From assembly GCF_963921235.1 (NCBI RefSeq), contig NC_086097.1, positions 106,766,001-106,830,000 of the forward strand: 64,000 nucleotides of DNA, in the 5' to 3' direction. A program made the position numbers and the translations under genes. The stretch's first letter is position 1, and every line of letters begins with the position of its first letter. Source of the stretch: Mobula hypostoma. Taxonomy: Eukaryota. The notes under the pieces are model-generated. The model did no database searches, was not told where the DNA came from, and saw only the letters and a list, made by a program, of their open reading frames with translations. Positions 1 through 12,835 of this stretch are shown in pieces.

Positions 1-126
1 GGCACAGAGGAGTCTTCATTATACGGAGGCGATCTGCTGCCTGGAGCTCTTAGCAAAGTTGGAGGCACATATCTTCTTAACTCTCTGTGCTCAGAGGTCA
101 ACTGTTCATGACCTTTATATGGAAAT
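1..126 (-). other. Candidate host exon (runs off window edge)
   Basis: Minus strand has an acceptor-like TTGTTTGTTTTAATACAG|A at 127/126. Only one frame is open to the edge: FPYKGHEQLTSEHRELRRYVPPTLLRAPGSRSPPYNEDSSV. No recognisable homology. Confidence 0.25.
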
Positions 127-359
127 CTGTATTAAAACAAACAAGTTTATTGTCAGACTGAAGAACACACTATTTGAAGACACTTTTCAATGCCATCTCA
201 GTTTTGATGATTGTACATATTTTTAAGAATAACATTCACCTTTTCACGGATTTCACTTTGCTTTCGTCATCTTTGCAAGATGGAGGTGACTACTCTTTAT
301 GGCTGGAACCTGCCAATTTGTAGATTGTTCAATTTATTCCAGTCAATAGAGTGAAGACC

Positions 360-811
360 TACTTGCTTCAGTGTCAGACAATCTAGAGAAGACCACCCCC
401 CCCAAGACTTGAGTTATAAATGGGTCTTAGACCAATAGTAAAAAAGGCTTGTTATAATTCGATATTATTATGTTACTTTGTTATAATTTGATATGATTAA
501 GTTGCTAAGTAAACAAATGGTAGGCATTTGTATGTTAAGGGTAAATATATTTGTTTAGCATAATGCCCCAGTAAAAAAAAAGTTGATGCACTATTAAAAT
601 AAAAGTGGAGGAGTGTACCGTATAGCCTACATCATAATAAGGAACTACTTTATGTTTTAGTAACATGTCATTGCATGTGCTGTTAGGCGCGTATTGATCT
701 GTACGTGTGTGCCGAGTTTGGATTATGCCAGTAAAGAACCATGAAACTTAGCTCCCGCCTCCAGCGTTTTTATTAATAGCATTGTTGTGTAGTCAGGCCA
801 CATACACAACA
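360..811 (+). mobile_element. 3' end of an LTR retrotransposon (Gypsy-like): PPT plus ~198-bp LTR at 614-811
   Basis: Polypurine tract AAAAGTGGAGGAG (601-613) is followed directly by TGTACC...ACACAACA (614-811, TG...CA), with AGTAAA at ~730. An upstream decayed R..R.PP.RL.L-stop-like integrase tail lies at ~375-418. Confidence 0.5.
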
Positions 812-1772
812 GCAGCAAAATAACAAAAACTACACCAACCATAAAATCATTGTGTAACAGTGTGTAAAGTACTACAAGAAAGCAGGTCATCACCTGCTCA
901 AGAATAGGAGATCATCTCCAAATGGATTTGAGATCAGGTACAAAATCTACCAGAAAGGAGTCAAGGATCAGCTGAAACTGAGCCAAAGATGAGCTAAAAC
1001 TGAGCAGATCAGCCACGAAAGAATAGTAAAGCACCAACAAAAGAATGGAATATCACAGGTGAATCAGAACACAAGCTCTGGACCAGGGAAAAATGGGAAA
1101 TCTGATGTCAACCAGGTGAACTCAGCCGCAACACTGCTGGAAACTAGACACGATACAGAATACAGGCTACAGTGGAGCATGAAACCAGCTACAAATTAGC
1201 AGGAACTCAGTTTGCGATCAGCTACAAAAGAGCAGAAAGTAGGCCAAGAAGGATATCAGGATCAGGCAGAAGAATTCATTACAAAAGTGTCAGAGAACCG
1301 CTATAGACAGTGAGAATTCTGCGAAAAAAAATGGGGATCTTAGTTGAAAAAGGAGATCAAGTAAATTAGCCAGAAAAGACTGGAAGGTTGCAGAACAACA
1401 AGCCAATAAGTTACTGAAGACTGGAGATATGCTATAAGAGAACAAGAAACCAATTGTAAAGCAGTAAGACAAACGCTAAGCCAAAGTGAGGATCCAGAAG
1501 ATCAGGCAATTAGTTTAAAACAGATCTCTGTTACGAAAGAATGAAAGTTCAAAAGAGTTCATGATCAGATACACAAGAGCAGGAAATAAGAAAGGGCAGA
1601 CAAACTACCATATAGCAGGTGATAAGCTACAAAAGAGCAATAGAGAAGTCACTAAAGCGGAGAAGATAAGCAATAGAAGAGTGGGTAATTAGCTACATCA
1701 GAGCAGGAGATAATCCATGGAAAAAGCAAGAGACAAGCTACTAATATACATGAAGTCAGGTGCTAAAGAACA

Positions 1773-2035
1773 GCATAAGACCATAAAATTCAGGAACAGA
1801 ATTAGGCCATTTGGCCCATCAAGTCTGCTCTACCATTTCTTCATGGCTGATTGATTTCCCTCTCTGCCCAATTCTCCTGCCTTTTCCCCATAATCTTTAA
1901 TGCTCTGGCTATCAAGAATCTATCAACCCCTGCCTTAAATATACCCAATGATTTGGCCTCCATAGCCACCCGTGGCAACAAATTCCATAGATTTCCCTCT
2001 CTCTGGCTAAAGAAATTCCTCCTCATCTCCATTCT
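1773..2035 (-). mobile_element. CR1 LINE 3' fragment
   Basis: ORF 1841-2032 (EMRRNFFSQR..NLWNLLP) is the CR1 ORF2 C-terminus, followed by a CR1-type 3' UTR and tail. Confidence 0.85.
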
Positions 2036-2925
2036 AATTCAAGATTCAAAAAACTTTATTGTCATTCTAACCGTACATCAGCTCTGCAGGGCAGAATGAG
2101 ACAGCGTTTCCCAGGAGCAGTGCAATCATAACATAACAAACGCAACACTAAATAATAAACATAACAATAAATAGTAAAACACAACAGCCACATGTCAGTT
2201 AAAATCAAGTTATAAGTGTCCAGTGCAAATCAAAAGTGTCCAAAAGCAGAGTCAGGTAGAGCAGTTATTTAGCAGTCTGACTGCCTGTGGGAGGAAGCTG
2301 TTTAGTAACCTTGTGGTTTTAGTTTTGATGCTCCTGTAACGTTTGCCTGATGGCAGAAGAACAAACAGTTCATGGAGAGGGTGTGAGGGGTCTTTAATGA
2401 TGTACCGTGTCTTCTGGAGGCATCAACTCTGAAAGAGGTCTTGGACAGAAGGTAGGGAGACCCCACTAACCTTCTCTGCTCCCCTAACCACCCTCTGCAA
2501 GGCTTTTTTGTCGACAGCACTGCAGCTGGAGTACCAGGTTGTGATGCAAAAGGTCAGCACACTCTCAACCACGCCTCTGTAGAATGTAGTTAAGATGTTA
2601 GTGGGGAGTGATGCTTGTTTAAGCTTCCTCAGTAAATGCAATCTCTGCTGGGCCCATTTCACAATCCCAGTGGTGTTCCTGGACCAGGTGAGATTGTCCG
2701 AGATCTGCACCCCAAGGAACTTGATGTTTTCCACTGTCTCCACTGTGGAGCCGCTGATGCTGAGGGGTGTGTGCTCAGGCTGAGACCGTCTGAAATCGAC
2801 GATCATCTCCTTGGTTTTGGTGACATTAAGCATCCAGTTGATATCAGTGCATCAGCTCTCTAGGTGTTTGACCTCCTCCCTGTACATAGTTTCAACATTT
2901 TTGCTGATGAGCCCCACCACTGTAA
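2036..2925 (-). mobile_element. Rex1/Babar-type LINE 3' fragment
   Basis: ORF 2423-2833 (LNVTKTKEMIVDFRRS...KFLGVQISDNLTWS...QQRLHLLRKLK) is an RT C-terminal region. Minus-strand AATAAA and a (TTGAATC)-type tail lie at ~2037-2062. Confidence 0.85.
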
Positions 2926-4572
2926 TGAACTGTAATGCATGATAAGCTGCATATAAGCTGCAACTAAACATAAGATCAGCTTCAATGGGACAGGAGATCG
3001 ACTCCATTAGGATGGAGAATAGCTACAAAAGGATGGGATATCATCTACCAGACAGGGAAGAAGATTAGGATAAGAGGATTCCTAGAACAGATCAGCCAAT
3101 AACCTTCAAAATAGCCTCAAAAGAAACGGTGATGAGCTACAAAGGAGCAAATGATAAACTACTAGAGAACATAATGAATGACCCATCTGCACTTTAAAGA
3201 GCAGGTGGTAAGTTTCAAACAACCGAGGCAGTGTATGCATTAGCTATAGAAAAGAGAAGTTACAATAGACAAGGAGATCTACTGCAAAAGCCAGGGATTA
3301 CAAACTGCAGGAGCAGAGCCATCACACAGCAGGGAATAAACTACAAATGTGGAGATCATCCAAAAAGAAAGGAGATAAAAGAGCAAAGGTAAGCAGTAAC
3401 AGCAGATATTGGAGAGAAAGACTAGTGATCAACTGCAAAAGAGTGGGAAAACATCAGCAGAAAATAACTGAAAAGTAGTGGAAGAGAAGCCACTAAAGAC
3501 CAGGACAACATTTACGAAAGAATAGAAAGAAAGCACCAATAGATCATAACACCTGTAATAGAGTGGAGATCCACAAAACAAAAGCAGTTAAAGCTAGAAT
3601 GCTAAAGCAGATAAGACAGAACAGTAGGAGATACTGTGCAAAAATTAAGATAACATAAATTGTGCAGGAAATAGCACAAAAGAGCAGAAGACAAGCAAAA
3701 AAAAAGAGAAATAAGGCATTACAGACAGAAGACCCAACTAGAAAGGGGCTGGAGATCATCTGCAAAACAGTGGGATAATTTCAGAAAAAGAGCAGGAGAT
3801 AACCTTCCAATTAGCTCATCGGCTACAAAACAATGCGATGTAAGCCACCAAATATGGAAAGAGGTATAAGCAACAAAGAAATGGGAGCGGGCGATCTATG
3901 GCGAAAGAGCAGGAGGTATTATGCAAAAAAAAAACAAAAGAAAAATACCTGCAAAAAAAAAGGGGCAGGAGATCAGCTACAAAAGAGCTGTTATACTATA
4001 GAACCATATACTACAGAAGTTATGCTATAAAACCAAGAGAAAGCATTAGAAAAGCTTCAAATAACAAGAAGTAAGCCACAAGGAAATACAGTGATATGGT
4101 AGAACAAAATCACCCATTAAAAATCCAATAAAAGATAAGCTATAAAATTATACTAGCTCAGTTACCAAACAGCAGTGTATAAGCTACAGAAGTGTGTGCT
4201 GAGCAACAACAGAACAAAAGAATAACTGCAGAAGAGCAGGAGGTAAGCATAGAAAGAGCAAGAGACCAGTTACAAGGGTACAGGAGGTAATAAATGGAAG
4301 AGGTGAAAAACTATAAAGCAGCGGGATTTAACTAAAGTAGAACAGATCATTTTCTATAAAACATGGATGTGAACATGGATGTGTGCAGAAGGTCATCTGC
4401 TAAAGGACAGGGGACTGGCAACATCGAAGCAGTATAGCTAACAAAAAGCTTGAGAAATCAGTGACAAATTAACATGCAATCAGCTACAGAAGTGCCACAA
4501 GTCAGCCATGTAAGAGTAGGAGAGAACTTTCCTCAGAGCAAGAGAAAATGTACTACAGAGCAGAACAGGTAA

Positions 4573-4810
4573 ATTGATAAATTAGCTTATTGTTGTCACG
4601 TGTATTGAGGTACAGCGAAAAACTTGTCTTGCATACCATTCATACAGATAAATTTATTACAGGGGTTCCCAACCTGGGGTCTACAGACCCCTTGCTTAAT
4701 GGTATTGGTCTGTGGCTTTAAAAAAAGTGGTTGGGAACCCCTGATTTATTACAATACTGCATTAGGTTGTACAAAGTAAAACAATAACAGATTGCAGAAT
4801 AAAGTATTAA
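4573..4810 (-). mobile_element. LINE 3' UTR remnant (Rex1-like), interrupted by a hAT MITE
   Basis: TTATTGTTGTCACGTGTATTGAGGTACAG layout resembles the other Rex1-type tails in the window. Confidence 0.45.
4660..4743. mobile_element. 84-bp hAT (Charlie/MER5-like) MITE
   Basis: 15-bp TIR CAGGGGTTCCCAACC / GGTTGGGAACCCCTG and a perfect 8-bp TSD ATTTATTA (4652-4659, 4744-4751). Confidence 0.92.
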
Positions 4811-4929
4811 AGAAATCAGCTCAAATAAGCAGGAGGTCAGCTACAATTCGTCTGTCAATTGCTATAAAAGCAGGTAGTTTTCTCTGACACCTGACTTCTA
4901 GTTCATCCTAAACCCATTTACAATATGAG

Positions 4930-5720
4930 AGACATAGGAAAGTACAGCACAGAAACAGGCCCTTTGGCCCATCTAGTCTGTACCAAACCATTTAAACTGC
5001 CTTCTCCTATCAACCTGCACCAGGAATACAGCCCTCCGTATAGTCCTTACCATCCATGTACCAATCCAAATTTCTCTTAAACATTGAAATTGTGCTTGCG
5101 TGCACCACTTCCACCAGCAGCTTGTTCCATACTCACACGGCCCTTTGAGTGAAGAAGATAATGTTCCCCTTAAGCTTTTCACCTTTTACCTTTAACCCAT
5201 AACCTCTTGTAGTCCCACATAAACCTCAGTTGAAAAAGCTTGCTTGCAGTTACCATATTTATACTCCTTATAATTTTGTATACCTCTATCAAATCTCCCC
5301 TCCAATTTCTACATTCCAAGGAATAAGTCCTAATCTATTCAATCTTTCCTTATAACTTAGGTCCTCCAGTCCCTAAGCAATATCCCTGTAAAATTTCTCT
5401 GTACTCTTTCAATCATTTTTACATCTTTCCTGTAGGTAGGTGACCAAAACTGCACACAATACTCCAAATTAGGCCTCACCAATGTCTTATACAACTTCAA
5501 TGTAACATCCCATCTCCTGTACTCAATAGTTTGATTTATGAAAGCCAATGTGCCAAAAGCTTTCTTTACAACCGTATCTACCTGTGACACTACTTTCAAT
5601 GAACTATTACCTGTATTCCCAAATCCCTTTGTTCCACAGCACTCCTCAGTGCCCACCCACTCACTGTGTATGCCTACCCTGGCTGGTCCTACCAAAGTGC
5701 AACACCACGCACTTGTCTTT
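4930..5720 (-). mobile_element. CR1 LINE 3' fragment
   Basis: ORF 5357-5764 contains LYKTLVRPNLEYCVQFWSP; CR1 3' UTR at ~4930-4990. Confidence 0.9.
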
Positions 5721-5864
5721 GATGGGATTAAATTTAGTGAAAGCTTACAAAACAACACTACCAATAACTCTACAAAAATATATTAAAACCAAGCAATACC
5801 ACAAATAAGATAATACCTGTATATGCAGAATACAAATGGTATTACATAAGTTACATGAGTTTAC

Positions 5865-6150
5865 CCAGAATCAGAAAAATATTTTACGAAATTTGTAATT
5901 GTGCAGCAGCAGCGCAGTGCAAGACATAACAATTACCATGAGTTGCAAAAATAAACAAATAATTTAAAAAAAAGAATAACGAAGTTGTGTTCATGAGTCC
6001 ATGAACATTCAGAAATCTGATGCTGGTAGGGAAAAACTGTCTTAATATGTTGAATAGGGGTTTTTAGGCTCCTGCACTTTTTCATAATGGTGTAACAAGT
6101 AAAGAGTATGTTCTGGACAATAATAGTCCTTAATGATGGATGCCACCTTA
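5865..6150 (-). mobile_element. Decayed Rex1-like LINE 3' fragment
   Basis: CAGAATCAG tail and CAGAAATCTGATGCTGGTAGGGAAAAACTG, similar to other Rex1-type 3' ends here. Confidence 0.45.
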
Positions 6151-6269
6151 AGGCCTTTTGAATACAAAAATCTAATGAAAAACCTTGCTAACTACTGTAT
6201 ACTGTTATGGCTTCTGAAATCTATATCTTTATACCTTAATAAATAACCTATGTCATATCCTTGTATCTA

Positions 6270-6625
6270 CTATAAGATATAGGAGCGGAATTAGGTCATT
6301 TGACCTATCGAGCCTGCTCCACCATTTCATCATGGCTGATCCAATTTTTCTCTCAGCCCCAGTCTTCCACCTTCTGCCTTCTCCTTGAATTCCTTCAAGC
6401 CCTGACCAATTAATGAACTTCTGCTTTAAATATATATACAGACTTGGCCTCTACAACTGCCTATGGCAAAGAATTCCACAGATTTACCACTCTGGCTAAG
6501 GAATCTCCTCCTCATCTCTGTTCTAAAAGAACACCCCTCTATTCTGAGGCTGTGTCCTCTAGTCTTAGACTCCCACCGCAAGAAACACCCTCTCCATATC
6601 CACTCTATCAAGACTTTTCAACATT
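6270..6625 (-). mobile_element. CR1 LINE 3' fragment
   Basis: ORF 6426-6611 (TRGHSLRIEG.SFRTEMRR) plus a CR1 3' UTR. Confidence 0.85.
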
Positions 6626-8074
6626 CAAACATACTTCTCTTAAACACTGCACAGAAGATCAACTTTGCCCATAATTCTCATGCAAACTATTCTTTAACTT
6701 TAAATATTACATCCTTTAATTAGAGATGATTTTAGATAGAGCTCATCCTGGCAATCACCATCTCAATGGGCCAAATAGCCCAATTCTGCTCCTAAGTCTT
6801 ATGTTGAAGGAATATATTTTTCTATAGATTTTTGCTGGTTGCAAAAAGTCTTTCTGGCGTTTTCCCAATCTTATGGTCCAAAAATCACATCAGTCACAGC
6901 TTAAGTGCTGCAACAAACAACCTGCTGGAGGAACTAAACAGGTCAAGCAGCTCTTCAGGGGAAGAGTATTATCAAAACTTTAGATTGAAGCTGTTGGATC
7001 CTGATGCTTTTCTCATCTAAAGGTTCTTCAGAAGACAAGAATGAAGCATAAACAAGTATTACAAACAAAAAAAAATCAAACAAGCAAGGGGGTCAAGAGA
7101 ACAAAGAAAAAGGGGAAAAATGTAACTGTGATCTTCTACTCAGACTAGAGATAAACAAAGTTCCAATAATAAGTTTACTTATCAAATATCCAAATTCAAG
7201 TAGTGTGATACATGCTCCAAAAAACCATGAAGTTTCTAGAAAAATATGTCAAGAACTGTACTGTTATTCCTGGAAAATTCACTGAACAATTACATGTACA
7301 GGTGATTATATAAATATAGAAGCAAGCAGAGGAAAGGTAAACTACAAGAAAAGTAACAATTCTGCATCCCAAATCCAATAAAACTCTACATCAGGACCAC
7401 GAATGGAGAGGGAAGACAACCAGGATAAGGTGTAGTGAGGAAGTGCTAAGACAGGGGCAGCCATTCATCGAACTACAATGAGCAAAATTCTGCTTAATTA
7501 AAAATTAATTAATTAAAAATCAGCAAAATTGTTAACGTGCTGCTTTTTTGCCTTTAGTGACACATTTAGTGTTTCTTTTAACCCTTGGTGACATTGCAAG
7601 GGTCCATAAAGAACTGCCTGATTCTACGTCAATGAATATGTCAAGATTTTATTTAAATAAACAGGAGTTGGGGTCTAAAAAAGCTGGAGTTTAGCATCCA
7701 ATTAGAAGGAGGGAAACTAAGCAAGAGCAGGTCTGCATCCAAACATATAAAGACACAATGAAAAAGATCAGGAGAAAACACTGCCAACAGATCAGATTCA
7801 AAGAACAGATCAAGATGGCACCAAACTGGCTGCAATGTCCATCAATGTCATTACTCAGATTTAGTTGTTTGTTGGGTTTGTAGTGATGGTTTTTGGGACA
7901 GTATGAGGAGTTAGGGATCCGGGACAGGGTTGAGGGAGAGTTGAAGATCAGGGGCAATAAATGAAGAGTCAGAGACTGGAGCTGGTGTACAGGTTTCAAG
8001 TCGAAGCACTCCACAATCATCATGAGGAAACATTGAAGATAGATTGGGCACGTGATGTGAAGAAAGAGCAACTC

Positions 8075-8290
8075 CATCATCAAGACAACACTTCATTGCA
8101 CCCTGAAGAGCGGGGGAATCATGGGAGACCAAAGACAACTTGGTGCCATACCGTAGAGACAGAAACGAGGACCACAAACCACACCTGGGGCACAATGGAG
8201 AAGATGGCCAAAGACTGACAGAGATGGAGGACCTTCATTGCTGCTGTAAGCGCCAGCAGTGTAACTGGCAGTAAACAAGTAAATAAGTAA
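8075..8290 (+). mobile_element. RTE-clade LINE 3' end
   Basis: GRPKTTWCHTVETE...TWGTMEKMAKD*QRWRTFIAA matches the RTE C-terminal motif; (AAGT)n-like tail. Confidence 0.7.
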
Positions 8291-8634
8291 TGGGCAGTAA
8301 GTGAAACCTGTAAGCAAGCACCTCAAAGGAATTGGTAGATCAGCCAGAAAAGAGCCTGACATCAACTATAAAAAAGCAGGAGATCAGCAAATCAACTAGA
8401 AAAGAAAGGGAAATAAAACAACAAGCAATGGGTCAGTTAGAAAAGAAAGTGAAAATATTTTCAAACGCACAAAAGATAAACTACCAAAGAAAATGAAAAA
8501 GCTATAAAACAGCAGCAAGTAAACTGTGATTGCAAGAAAAGTAAGGTCAGCTGCAGAAGATCGAGATAGTTGCTGCAAAATAGAACATAGTACAGTTCTA
8601 TCAGCCCACAATGTTGTGACAACCCTTAATATGG

Positions 8635-9710
8635 GCCACTATGGTAGTGCAGCTGTTAATGCAATGCTATTATAGCTTGGGGCATCAGAGTTCACAGAGT
8701 TTAATTCTGGCATCCTCTGTAAAAAAGCTGGTACATTCCTTCCCTTGTGCACACAAGTTTCCTTCGGCTATTCTCATTTCCTCTCACAGTCCAAATACGT
8801 ACCAGTTAGAAGGTTAATTGGTTATTGCATATGTTACGTACCCTGTAACTGGGTTGCCAAACCAGCAGAAATGGACCACTCGTTGGAGTCTGGATTACTA
8901 GGAACTAATAAAAGTTTTATTAAAGAAATAAGTAACACTACTCTAATCGTAAGGATATAAATGCAACAGGTTAGCAATGATAATACACACATGTACACAG
9001 AACTAGGGTAACAGGAATCAAACCAAGCTCTATCGCAGTCTAGGACTAAAATGGTCAGTCTTAAGTGACGCATAGTTCAGTTCAGCTTAGTACAGTTCGC
9101 AGTAATCGCTGTTGTGCCGTGGGGGGATGCAGTTTGTTTCAGGCAGACCTTTGATGTCTTCTATCCCGCTGTGGTCACCGACTGTGACCCTTCCATTCCG
9201 GATACGACCGTTCTTCCGCAGTGAACCCGGCACCCAGGCAAGGGCGGACACACACACCAGGTTCCCACCGATCGTACCTTTACACCCTGTGAGTCGATGG
9301 TCGGTTCCCGTGAACCGGACCTCCAAACTCTCACCAACTTGTGGGGGCACACCACTCTTTCCAGGGTCTCGTTATCTCGATCTCGTGGTGTGTCCAGTGC
9401 CTTAGCGAACCTGCTCTTTTTATCCCCTTGCTGGGGTATCACCTGTCCATCAAACTTCAAACAGTTCAGGTTCAAAGTAACCGGTCTGTCAATATTCTGA
9501 ATTGTGTTTCTTTTCCGTTAATCCCTCTCTCCTCTCTTATTAGCATTTTGAATGTTTCTCCATTGTCTCTCTTATCTCTCCAATTAGCATCAATCATCCG
9601 ATACCTTGGTTTGGCATCACACATATTGTCCCATGATTAAACCAGGATTATCATATCAGTAGGTTGCTGGGTGACACAGCTTAAAGGGCCGTAAATGCTC
9701 CGCATTTATC
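8635..9710 (+). mobile_element. tRNA-derived V-SINE-like element split by a solo LTR
   Basis: Degenerate V-domain GTTTCCTTCGGCTATTCTCATTTCCTCTCACAGTCCAAATACG...GGTTAATTGG. The sequence resumes as TTGTCCCATGATT after 9625. Confidence 0.6.
8832..9621 (-). mobile_element. 790-bp solo LTR
   Basis: TGT...ACA termini with a 4-bp TSD CATA (8828-8831, 9622-9625). Minus-strand AATAAA at ~8916-8921 and TATA-like GATAAAAAG at ~9416-9424. No coding capacity. Confidence 0.75.
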
Positions 9711-9968
9711 AAGTGTAAAAGAGAGGCGAGAGTGGCTATTGGACTGCTGGAAAACTATGCTGGAATGATAGTAATGGGGAACAATGAAATAGCAGACAAA
9801 ATGAATAAGTATTTTGCATCAGTCTTCACTTTGGAAGACACGAGCAGTATGGTGGAAGTTCCACATGTCGGGGGGCATAAAGTGTTTGAAGTTACCATAA
9901 CTAGAGAGTAGGTTCTTGGAAAACTGAAAGGTCTGAAGGTAGACAAGTTACCTGGACCAGATGGTGTA

Positions 9969-11682
9969 CATAAGAAAAAGGAGCAGGAGTAGGCCATCTG
10001 GCCTATCGAGCCTGCCCCGCTATTCAATAAGATCATGGCTGATCAGTCCGTACACTCAGCTCCATCTACCTGCCTTTTCCCCTTAACCCTTAATTCCCCT
10101 ACTATGTAAAAATCTATTTAACTGTATCTTAAATATATTTAGTGAAGAAGCCTCAACTGCTTTCCTGGGCAGTGAATTCCACAAATTCACCACTCTCTGG
10201 GAAAAACAGTTTCTCCTCATCTCCGTCCTAAATTTTCTCCCCTGAATCTTGAGGCAATGTCCCCTAGTTCTAGTCTCACCTACCGATGGAAACAACTTTC
10301 CTACTTCTATCTTATTTACCCCTTTCAAAATGTATGTTTCTATAAGATCTCCTCTCATTCTTCTGAATTCCAGAGTATAGCCCCAGGTGACTCAATCTCT
10401 CCTCGTAGGTTAATCCCTTCATCCCTGGAATCAACCTGGTGAACTTCCTCTGCACTGCCTCCAAAGCCAGTATATCCTTCCTCAAGTATGGAGACCAGAA
10501 ATGCACACAGTACTCCAGGTGCAGCCTCACTAGTACCCTGTATAGTTGCAGCATGACCCCCTGCTCTTGAATTCAATCCCTCTAGCAATGAAGGCCAACA
10601 TTCTATTTGCCTTCTTAATAACCTGTTGTACCTGCAAGCCAACATTTTGCGATTTGTGAGCAAGCACTTCCAAGTCCCTCTGAACAACAGTATGCTGCAA
10701 TCTTTCACCATTTAAATAATAATCTGCTCTTCTATTATTCCTTCCAAGGTGGATAATCTCACATTTACCAACATTGCATTCCATCTGCCAAACCTTGGCC
10801 CACTCATTTAACCTATCTATATTCCTCTGCAGACTCTCCACATCCTCTGTACTATTTACATTTCCACTCAGTTTAGTGTCATCAGCAAATTTTGTTACGC
10901 TACACTCAGTCCCCTCTTCCAAATCATCAATGTATATGGTAAACAGCTGCGGACCCAGCACCGACCCCTGCGACACCCCACTCACCACTGACTGCCAACC
11001 GGAGAAACACCCATGTATACTAACTCTATGTCTTCTATTGGTTAACCAATCCACTATCCATGGCAATACACTTCCTCTGACTCCATGCATCCGTATCTAA
11101 TTTATAAGTCTCTTGTGTGGCACCTTATCGAACGCCTTCTGGAAATCCAAATATGCTACATCCACCTGTTCCCCTCTATCCACTGCACTCATTATGTCCT
11201 CAAAGAACTCCAGTAAGTTTGTCAAACAGGACCTGCCCTTTCTGAATCCATGCTGCATCTGTCTAATGGAGCCACTCCTTTCTAAATGTTTTGCTATTTC
11301 TTCCTTAATGACAGTTTCAAGCATTTTCCTGACTACAGATGTTAAGCTAACTGGCCTATAGTTGCCTGTCTTTTGCCTACATCCTTTTTTAAAAAGTGGC
11401 GTGAAACTTTCTGTCTTTCAATCCACCGGGATCTGCCCAGATACTAGAGAGTTTTGATAAGTGATTACCAATGCATCTACTATAACCTCCGCCAATTCCC
11501 TCAGCACCCTGGGATGCATCCCATCAGGACCAGGGGACTTATCTTCCTTCAGGCCCTCTAGTTTGCTCATCACTATCTCTTTAGTGACAGTGATTTTATC
11601 AAGGTCCTCACCTCCCATTTCATCCATAACATCCTTCTTTGGCATATTAGATGTGTCCTCCACCGTGAAGACGGACACAAAA
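9969..11682 (-). mobile_element. 5'-truncated CR1 LINE
   Basis: ORFs 11418-11735, 11097-11324, 10530-11090 (KFADDTKL), 10312-10554 and 10083-10358 are consecutive frameshifted CR1 ORF2 parts; tail at ~9969. Confidence 0.93.
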
Positions 11683-12251
11683 ACCAGAGTTCTGAAAGAG
11701 GTGGCTGAAGAGATCATTGAGGCATTAGTAATCATCGTTCAGGAATCATTAGATTCTAGACTGGTTCCAGAAGACTGGAAAATTGCCAATGTCACTCCAC
11801 ACTTCAGGAGGGGAGAGAGGCAGTAAAAAGGAAACTATTGGCCAGTTAGTCTGACCTCAGTCGTTGGGAAGATCTTGGAGACAATTATTAAGGATGAGGT
11901 CTCCGGGTGCTCGGAGCCACATGACAAAATAGGCCGTATCAGCATAATTTCCTCAGGGGAAAATCTTGACAAACAAAATCTGTTGAAATTATTCGAAGAA
12001 GTAATAAGCAGGATAGACAAAGGAGAATCGGTTGATGTTGTGTACTTGGAAGATCTTTGACAAGATGCCACTCATGAAGCTACTTAACAAGTTTAGAGCA
12101 CATGGTATTACAGGAAAGATTCTAGCATGGATAAAGCAGTAGCTGATGCCAGGAGGCTAAGAGTGGGAATAAAGGGAGCCTTTTCAGATTGGCTGCCAGT
12201 GACGAGTGGTGTTCCAGAGGGGGTTGTGTTGGGACCGATTCTTTTACATTA

Positions 12252-12831
12252 CAGGTGTCCCCTGCTTTCGGAATGTTGTCTTTACAACATTTCGCTTTTA
12301 TGAAAGACCTACATTTGTACCTGTTTTCGTTAACCGAAAGAGGATTTTCGCTTTTACGAAAAAAGATGCTCGCTTTAAGCTTGTGTTTACCCCAAGAAAG
12401 ACTACCATGACCATGAAGCCTTGCACGGGCAGGTGTGTGCACATGCGTGACATGCGAATGCTTGTACGTGTGCATGCGTGACGCGTGTGTACGTGCGAAT
12501 GCGTGACGTGCACATGCGTGTACGTGCCGATTTTTTTCAATTTTGGCTCAAACTTCCCGATTCTGTTAAGTGAAACTACACTGTACATACATTATTTCTA
12601 CTTTATATAGGCTGTGTATTTATCATATCATTCCTGCTTTTACTATATGTTAGTGTTATTTTATGTTTTATGTGCTATTTAGTTTGATTTGGTAGGTTAT
12701 TTTTTGAGTCTGGGAACGCTCAATAATTTTTCCCATGTAAATTAATGGTAATTGCTTCTTCGTTTTACGCCATTTCGGCTTACAAACGGTTTCATAGGAA
12801 GGCTCTACATTCGGATAGCGGGGGAAACCTG
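12252..12831. mobile_element. Tc1/mariner superfamily (Tigger-like) MITE
   Basis: 24-bp TIRs, 20/24 identical (CAGGTGTCCCCTGCTTTCGGAATG vs CAGGTTTCCCCCGCTATCCGAATG), preceded by TA. Confidence 0.75.
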
Positions 12832-12835
12832 TGTA

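Noticed and set aside
3544..4030. Hydrophobic (minus) and Lys/Arg-rich (plus) small ORFs here and at 44-46 and 48.4-48.9 kb as membrane or basic peptides
   Set aside because: Compositional by-products of the purine-skewed 22-nt matrix.
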